From an uncultured virus (IMG/VR IMGVR_UViG_3300048606_000139) (taxonomy: Duplodnaviria; Heunggongvirae; Uroviricota; Caudoviricetes): a DNA stretch of 64,000 bases. How positions within the stretch are numbered: position 1 is the first letter of the stretch; the number at the start of each line of letters is the position of its first letter. Below the pieces are notes generated by a model. The model did no database searches. It worked only from the letters and a program-made list of their open reading frames with translations, and was not told where the DNA came from. Shown piece after piece: positions 58,284 to 64,000 of this stretch. The position numbers and the translations under genes were made by a program. The stretch is from IMG/VR virus record IMGVR_UViG_3300048606_000139, one strand, 5' to 3'.

Positions 58284-58586
58284 ATGGACGCAGCCGGACT
58301 CCCCGCGCTACTCGACGCGATCAAGCACCTGCACAACCTCGACGCCGCGTGGATCGAGAGCGTGCCGGTGCATGAGCAGCACGAGGGGAAAACCGTCTGG
58401 CAGGGCGAGGTGCAGGTGTTCGCCGTGAAGCACCCGAAGGCGTCGCGTTGCTACGCCTGGAGTCACGAGAGCGGCCCCGGCGGCAAGCGCCGGTTCCATG
58501 CGGTACTCGGGATAAATCCTGTAGATGACGCCGTCGCAGCCGTGCGCGTAGCGGTCGTGACCAGCGCCAAGCTCGCGCAGAGCTGA
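58284..58586 (+). CDS. Hypothetical IS passenger protein
   Basis: ESVPVHE..EGKTVWQGEVQVF...HPKA.RCYAWS. Confidence 0.7.
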   Translation: MDAAGLPALLDAIKHLHNLDAAWIESVPVHEQHEGKTVWQGEVQVFAVKHPKASRCYAWSHESGPGGKRRFHAVLGINPVDDAVAAVRVAVVTSAKLAQS

Positions 58587-58629
58587 AAGGCGTCCCTTGC
58601 ACCCACGGCGAATCGCACAATAATTCAAT

Positions 58630-59496
58630 GTGTTACCGCCGCATGCCCGGTCACGCGGCGGATGCTACACTGCACGGACGAACAGTATGCTCGGCAATTT
58701 GACCAGCGCGGCTCCCTGGCGATGTCATTCGGTGGTGAAGTTTCCAGCCAACGAGCCGGGGCCGTTTGTCGTGGACGCCTGGGGCGATCACATCGACATC
58801 ACCGGCGGCGCGGTTACCGGGCCACGCTACGTCACGATGACTGCGATCGCAAAGCACAACGGGCCGGATGCCCCGCACCTCGTTGCCAACGAGTACGTGA
58901 GCATGAAGCTCGGACTCGCGCTGGAGCTACCCGTGGTGATGGGAGCGATCTCAAAGAGCGAGGACGAAGATCAGCTCGTCTATCTCTCGTTCCGAGTCGG
59001 CGCGAAATCGGAAGCGCCGCCGCCCGTGATTCCGGCGCACCTCGTCGCGGACTTCCCGGACATCGCGGCCGGCTTGGTCGCGTTCGACATCTGGATTGGC
59101 AACGAAGATCGGCACGACCGCAATCTAGCGTACACGCGCAACCACCAGCCGGTGGCGATATTCGATCACAGCCATGCGCTGTTCCGCTTGAAACAGGGCG
59201 GCGGAAGAGAAGGACTGTTGAAGCGCGCGAAGCTACCGATGGTAGCCGGGCGCATCGTGCCGGAGCTACTGAGCGACCGCGACCTGAAAGAATGGGCGCG
59301 ACGCATCAAGTCGGTAAGGGACGAGACGATACGGCGCATCTGCGACTCTGCTTTGCATCACGACGCATTCGACAGCGACGAACGTGATGCCCTCAAGTCG
59401 TTTCTTGTGTACCGACGCGACCGTATCGATGAGTTTGTTTCCGGAGCAGCGGCTTTGTTCAAGAAGATGAAGAAAGAAGAAGGGGAGTTGTTTTGA
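58630..59496 (+). CDS. HipA-like kinase (start uncertain)
   Basis: IAK, ANEY...LG..L.LPV, FDIWIGNEDRHDRN, IFDHSHAL motifs. Confidence 0.8.
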   Translation: MLPPHARSRGGCYTARTNSMLGNLTSAAPWRCHSVVKFPANEPGPFVVDAWGDHIDITGGAVTGPRYVTMTAIAKHNGPDAPHLVANEYVSMKLGLALELPVVMGAISKSEDEDQLVYLSFRVGAKSEAPPPVIPAHLVADFPDIAAGLVAFDIWIGNEDRHDRNLAYTRNHQPVAIFDHSHALFRLKQGGGREGLLKRAKLPMVAGRIVPELLSDRDLKEWARRIKSVRDETIRRICDSALHHDAFDSDERDALKSFLVYRRDRIDEFVSGAAALFKKMKKEEGELF

Positions 59497-60248
59497 CCAT
59501 TCGCTGGTACGCAGTGAAGTACGTGCGAGACATTCGGCGGAACGAACCGCGGAACGTTGGCGTGATCTTGTCTGTCGACGGACAGGCGTACTGCCGGTTC
59601 GCTGGCGAAAGCGATGACGGTAAGATCGACGGACGTTCTACTCGCTGGGTCGGCTCGCTCGAAAACTACAAAGCCTGGGTAGACTACTGGAGGCATGCGG
59701 TCGACTCGGATGGCTGGGAGAAGGCGATCACGAGTCACAACTCCACCGATAACTACTACGTGGAGCGCTCTGGTGAGCGAGTTGTCGGCACAATAGCCGA
59801 TGCCAATCTTTTCGTGGACGACTTGTTCGAGAAGCTCATCGGCATGCGAGAGAAGGCGGAAGAGACTGTGAGCGCAGAAGATCGTGTGGCTTCTCTCTTC
59901 GAGAGACTGGACATCAAGAGCAGGGTCGAATCCGATTTCGTGATCCCAGAAAAGCATCTTCGGTTCGACTACAGGTTTGATAACGGTGCTTCGCACTTAA
60001 TGAAGAGAGTGCCGATCACTCCTTCGCGCGAGCCTTGGGAAAAAACACAGCTTGCGCTCTATGCGTTTGAACACGTTCCGACAACACTCGGTGGCCGGAC
60101 CACCAATCCGGTTGCTCTGGTAAGCGGAAGCAATGACCAGAAGGAAGACGTCGTCAAACTTCTCAAGGAGAAGTCTCGCGTCATCTACGTGGATGATGAA
60201 GACCGCGCGGTCGACGAATTGCGTACGATGTTTGGCCTCAGGCACTAG
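59493..60248 (+). CDS. DUF3037-like protein (kinase partner)
   Basis: Y.VKYV.D..R.E..NVGVIL N-terminus; coupled to kinase. Confidence 0.75.
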   Translation: MTIRWYAVKYVRDIRRNEPRNVGVILSVDGQAYCRFAGESDDGKIDGRSTRWVGSLENYKAWVDYWRHAVDSDGWEKAITSHNSTDNYYVERSGERVVGTIADANLFVDDLFEKLIGMREKAEETVSAEDRVASLFERLDIKSRVESDFVIPEKHLRFDYRFDNGASHLMKRVPITPSREPWEKTQLALYAFEHVPTTLGGRTTNPVALVSGSNDQKEDVVKLLKEKSRVIYVDDEDRAVDELRTMFGLRH

Positions 60249-60423
60249 CGGATTCCGCAGACGCTAGCAGCACCTCTCTGGCCCACGCTGAGAGGCTTCT
60301 GCCAGCCCTTGCGGCGGCGTGTTCCAACGCTCGACGCTCTTCATTGGAGAATCTGACCGAGAGCAGCGAACCTTTCGCCAGCTTCTTCGGCACAGGCGGC
60401 CGTCCGATCTTTGGCTTTCTCAT
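60238..60423 (-). CDS. RHH/MobC-like DNA-binding protein
   Basis: GRPP...SVRFSNEER..LE.AA...G.SLSAWARE.L; ATGA-coupled to transposase. Confidence 0.7.
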   Translation of the reverse strand: MRKPKIGRPPVPKKLAKGSLLSVRFSNEERRALEHAAARAGRSLSAWAREVLLASAESASA

Positions 60424-61259
60424 TGACGGACCCCGTCCAGCGCGGCATCGAGCAAGTCGCTCACGCTCCACATGGTGGATGAAATACCCGCCGCCATCGC
60501 GGGTGTGGTGCGCAACGTCTTGTGCTGGCGCACGAAGTTGTAGTGCGCGAAGTGGAGAGCGGTCGCTGCGATGTGGTTCTCGATTTTCTTCGAGAACGCG
60601 TTAGTCAGTCGCGTGTAACGCCGCACGCCCATGCGCACGGTAAGGTTCTGGCGCTCAACAAAGCTGGTCGATACAAGCTCTGCGACGGGCGATCCGAAGA
60701 TCGGTGTCTTCTCTGTCGAAACGACCTTGGGCGGCGAGTAGCGCCCCGGGCCGGAAGGCTCGGCTTCGTACTCCTTATGGAGCTGCGCATAGTCGACGCC
60801 CGTATCGGCAAACGCCGATCCGATCGCGTCGATGTACGTGCGCAGCCCATCAGTCGAAATCTGCACGCGGTTCTTGAGGCGACTCGCCACGTCGGAAATG
60901 AACGCCTGCGTGCATGCGGCATCGCGCTTCCCAACGAGGAAACTCGGCACGAGCTTAGTCTCGGCGTCGAGTGCTACGAACGTCCATGCGTCGCCTACGC
61001 GGCGCGGATCGTCGTTCTTCGTGACGTGGCGCTGCTTCTTGCCGATGTACGCCCACAATTCGTCGATCTCTAGGCGCGTGCAGTTCAGGTCGCGCATGGT
61101 TTCGTCGAGCAGGTCGGCGCAGCCCTCGCCTACACGCACAAGCAGCGTGTCGATCGTCTTACGGTTCACGCCCGTCATGCGCTCGGTCGAGCGGATAGAG
61201 CAGCCTTCAACCAGGGCGTTGATGACCGCGATCTGCTTCTCTCTGGGCAACACGTTCAT
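60420..61259 (-). CDS. IS1-family DDE transposase
   Basis: LVEGCSIRSTER, EIDELWAYIGKK, ISTDG, TSFVERQNLT.R...RR.TRLTNAFSKK. Confidence 0.93.
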   Translation of the reverse strand: MNVLPREKQIAVINALVEGCSIRSTERMTGVNRKTIDTLLVRVGEGCADLLDETMRDLNCTRLEIDELWAYIGKKQRHVTKNDDPRRVGDAWTFVALDAETKLVPSFLVGKRDAACTQAFISDVASRLKNRVQISTDGLRTYIDAIGSAFADTGVDYAQLHKEYEAEPSGPGRYSPPKVVSTEKTPIFGSPVAELVSTSFVERQNLTVRMGVRRYTRLTNAFSKKIENHIAATALHFAHYNFVRQHKTLRTTPAMAAGISSTMWSVSDLLDAALDGVRQ

Positions 61260-61335
61260 ATACATTGTTGTATGACAATAATTAGGAACGCGCAAGCCTT
61301 TTCGTCATACAAAAACGATGGCAAATCGCCTTTGC

Positions 61336-61668
61336 TCACCCGCATCGCCCGCACGTCGGGCACGCGTCAGGCCCCGGGAAGCGACCCGCCAGCACATCGT
61401 CGATCGGCACGCTCACGTGCTCAGCGATCCGCAGCGCATGCCCTGCCTGCGGCTCACGCGCCTTGCAGATGACAGCGACGAGACACTTGAACTTCATACG
61501 CAGCGCTTCGGCCAAGGCCCGCTGCGAGCCGTAGCGGCGCTCCAACGCGCGCAGTGCTCTACGCACGTGCTGTCGTTGCGCTGGGCTCAGGCGACCCGTT
61601 ACGTCGTTGCGCCCGCGCTTGCCTTCGGGGTGTCGCTTCCAAGTCTGCCGCTCGCGCAGGATCGCCAT
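61336..61668 (-). CDS. HTH DNA-binding protein within IS
   Basis: YGSQRALAEAL..., C-terminal CPTCG. Confidence 0.65.
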   Translation of the reverse strand: MAILRERQTWKRHPEGKRGRNDVTGRLSPAQRQHVRRALRALERRYGSQRALAEALRMKFKCLVAVICKAREPQAGHALRIAEHVSVPIDDVLAGRFPGPDACPTCGRCG

Positions 61669-61730
61669 GCTGGACGCCTAGCACGGGCTAACTATTAGCC
61701 GAGCGGCCAGATTGAAAATGGGCCACTACC

Positions 61731-61871
61731 ACTACGAGTTGCAACTGACAGGGCCGCGCGGGAGTCGTATTGATGTTGGAAGGGATCGGCGTGACTATTC
61801 GCGCGCGGCGCCAGCGGGCGCCCGGGGCCCGCTGGCTGAGCTCAGCGAGCCGAACTCGTGAGCCGTTGGGC
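61731..61871 (+). repeat. attC site, 5'-truncated by the IS
   Basis: AC-TACGAG-TTGCAACTGAC ... GAACTCGTGAGCC-GTTGGGC imperfect palindrome. Confidence 0.65.
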
Positions 61872-61879
61872 AGACCGGG

Positions 61880-62293
61880 TCATCTGTAAAGAGCGGAGCC
61901 GCGCAGCAGATCCCAGAGGCCGCGCGGATTCAGGATTGGCAGCGGTGCGCGCTTCGCGATCTTGAGTACCGCGGCGTCCCCGGTTACGAGCACTTCAGCG
62001 CGTCCGGCTACAGCTGAGGCGACCACCCACTCGTCATCGGGATCTGTGATCTTGAGTCCGAGGTGCTCCTTCGGCTTCTTCACGACAACAGACTCGCGCA
62101 GCAGCGCTTCGATTTCGTCGATGGTCTTCTTGGGCAGCTTGATCTTCTTACGGAGCTTCTCGCGAAGTTCGCCGAGCACTACTTCACCTACGACGAACTC
62201 GTGCTCGATCAGCACGTGCGCGAACAAGTCTGCGCACAATCCACGAGTTGCGAATGCCGCAGCAAGGACATTGGTGTCAAAGAAAACTCTCAA
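61880..62293 (-). CDS. PIN-domain toxin
   Basis: VFFDTNVL, E..E, DPDDEWVV..A......LVTGD. Confidence 0.9.
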   Translation of the reverse strand: MRVFFDTNVLAAAFATRGLCADLFAHVLIEHEFVVGEVVLGELREKLRKKIKLPKKTIDEIEALLRESVVVKKPKEHLGLKITDPDDEWVVASAVAGRAEVLVTGDAAVLKIAKRAPLPILNPRGLWDLLRGSALYR

Positions 62294-62511
62294 GACACGT
62301 CACGAAACACATCATCGTCCGTGAGGTAGCCCTGCGATTCGGCAAAGGGCAGAACACGCTTGCGTAGACGCTCGAACCGAAGCAGCGCGAGCTGCCGCCG
62401 CAGCGCATCGCGGGCGAGATCGCTACGCGTTCGGCCGGTATGGGCGCAAGCTCGGTCCAGTTCGCGCTCTAGCTTGTCATCCAGGCGAATAGTGATGGTC
62501 CCAGATTTCAC
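62290..62511 (-). CDS. RHH/CopG antitoxin
   Basis: TITIRLD..LERELD....TGRTRSDLARDAL; coupled to PIN gene. Confidence 0.85.
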   Translation of the reverse strand: MKSGTITIRLDDKLERELDRACAHTGRTRSDLARDALRRQLALLRFERLRKRVLPFAESQGYLTDDDVFRDVS

Positions 62512-62553
62512 GTAAGACAGTGTAACACAACCCAACGTGGGCGGTAAATGGCT

Positions 62554-62709
62554 GCCCAACTTGCGTTTGCAACCGGGGGTCCTGCTGCAAATCGCATTGC
62601 CGTTCGAGCACGCACGCGCGCCTATTCGTGCACACACGCGTGCAGTCAGAAGGACCGCACGCTGCGTCACCGATGCGGGCCCCCGCGGCTGACGCGGGGA
62701 CCGTTGGAC
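62554..62709 (+). repeat. attC site
   Basis: GCCCAAC-TTGCGT-TTGCAACCGGGGG ... CCCCCGCGGCTGACGC...GTTGGAC. Confidence 0.75.
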
Positions 62710-62828
62710 GGACTAAACTGGGCGGTCTTATCTGCAGACGTTCGGGCAGCCTTCGCCGGTGCCTCTGGGGCCCGCATAACATGGTCCAGCCGGTCCCGAG
62801 TAGCAGGGGCCGCGGGGTCCGGCATAAG

Positions 62829-62989
62829 CGGGTCCTCCAGGTTGCAACTGACTAGCAACCGCGTGGCCGCGCCCTTGCGCTTCGTGAACGCCATCGCAAA
62901 AATCGGCGTTGGTATAGTGCGCGGGCAGATGGCCCGCACACTGCGGTTCTGAGCGCGGTCGCTCGCAGTTGAAACCAGAGCCGTTGGGC
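62829..62989 (+). repeat. attC site with degenerate left end
   Basis: TTGCAACTGACTAGCAACCGCG ... CGCGGTCGCTCGCAGTTGAAACCAGAGCC-GTTGGGC; no RYYYAAC. Confidence 0.6.
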
Positions 62990-63007
62990 GGACATCGAGA
63001 TGAAGAC

Positions 63008-63238
63008 ATGGGCGCATCGATTCTCCGCCGCGAGTGCAAGGACCCGGAGTGGCTGCTCCTCGCTATGGTTTCTTTCATCCTTCTTGTCACCTTGGCGCTT
63101 GCTGCGGCGTTGGCCAGGGCCTGTTACCCGAGAGCGGCGATGGTCCTCGGTGCCCTATCGGTCTTCTTATTCGTGTGGTTCAGGAGCACAAATCCGTTGG
63201 ACGGACTCGACACAGATCGCGAGTTGCCGATGTTGTGA
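63008..63238 (+). CDS. Small membrane protein cassette gene
   Basis: Two TM segments; begins just after attC. Confidence 0.5.
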   Translation: MGASILRRECKDPEWLLLAMVSFILLVTLALAAALARACYPRAAMVLGALSVFLFVWFRSTNPLDGLDTDRELPML

Positions 63239-63258
63239 ACATCGTTCATAATGCCAGC

Positions 63259-63480
63259 GTGACCAAGCGACTTCAGGCCATCGGCAATAGCGCCGGCATC
63301 ATTATCGACAAGCCGATCCTCGATCTCCTCGGGATCACTGCAGAAACCGAACTGGACCTGAAGACCGACGGCGAAAGACTCATTATCACGCCTGTACGCG
63401 ACAAGGCGCGGCGCATCGCAAAAGTTCAGGCGCGCGTCGTTCGTAAACACGCACGTACCTTTCAGAAACTCGCGAAGTAG
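63259..63480 (+). CDS. AbrB/MazE-family antitoxin
   Basis: KRLQAIGNSAGIIIDKPILDLLGI...ELDL.TDG..LIITP. Confidence 0.85.
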   Translation: MTKRLQAIGNSAGIIIDKPILDLLGITAETELDLKTDGERLIITPVRDKARRIAKVQARVVRKHARTFQKLAK

Positions 63481-63569
63481 GGAATCTCATCCGGAACGGT
63501 TAATAAGAAGGCGCTGGCGAGGAACTTCGAGGCCCTTGCCAGTCCATACGTTGACGATGACCAGTGAGC

Positions 63570-63728
63570 GGCCAACTTTGGTTTGCAGCTGACAGCGGCT
63601 CCGGTGGTGGCGGTGTTGCCAAAGCGGCCGCGCCTGTCGCGCTATCACAACGCCATGCGTCCGGCAGAAGGCCGGACGCGTGGCGTTGGGGTTGGGCGCC
63701 GCTACAGCTGAACCCTGAGCCGTTGGGC
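63570..63728 (+). repeat. attC site
   Basis: GGCCAAC-TTTGGT-TTGCAGCTGACAGCGGC ... GCCGCTACAGCTGAACCCTGAGCC-GTTGGGC. Confidence 0.75.
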
Positions 63729-64000
63729 GGACCGAGATCGGGAACCATTAGATGACAGCGAGTCGCGGGTGGCGTGTCGCGATGTATATCGGCTACGGCT
63801 TCGGCGCGCTGCTCGTCGTCGGTGCGGGCGTCGCAATCGCAATCCATCTCCATCTCAACCACACACCGCACAGACCTCGTTCGGATGTGCCAGTGACCTG
63901 GGAAGTCGAGCGAGCGCCCGACCCCGAACACCTCATTGTAACGGGACTCAACGTGCGCGTGCTCGAAGCTCGATTGAATCTGTTCAACAGTATTGGACTC

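Larger units (their letters stand above)
58180..61730 (-). mobile_element. IS1-family element carrying passenger genes
   Basis: Terminal inverted repeats GGTAGTGGCCCCTTTTCAA (58180) / TTGAAAATGGGCCACTACC (61730), 18/19 match; internal DDE transposase; no target duplication visible. Confidence 0.88.

Overview
GC-rich DNA. About 58 kb (1-58179) is a tailed phage/prophage. It is followed by a passenger-carrying IS1-family element (58180-61730) and an integron-type attC cassette array (61731-64000). The left phage arm (+ strand) is an apparent counter-defence island: NadM-Nudix plus nicotinamide phosphoribosyltransferase (NAD+ rebuilding), tRNA-Lys(CUU), a Ro60/Rsr TROVE protein, two Y RNAs (one a tRNA-mimicking YrlA), an intein-containing RtcB, an EndoVII-type homing endonuclease and an HD hydrolase. 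The centre (- strand) is a siphovirus-like morphogenesis and lysis operon with a Mu-like head module: portal, MuF, prohead protease, capsid, tail tube, frameshifted chaperone, tape measure, a GH26-bearing tail protein, LamG fibres and an M15 endolysin. A chain of small, mostly unknown genes lies upstream of it. No terminase or integrase was recognised. The most unusual feature is the MuF gene, which carries two inteins. Each is overlapped almost end to end, on the opposite strand and in codon register, by an intact HTH + Vsr/DUF559-like endonuclease gene, so these appear to be inteins whose homing endonuclease is antisense-encoded. All calls come from motif recognition by eye; no database searches were run.
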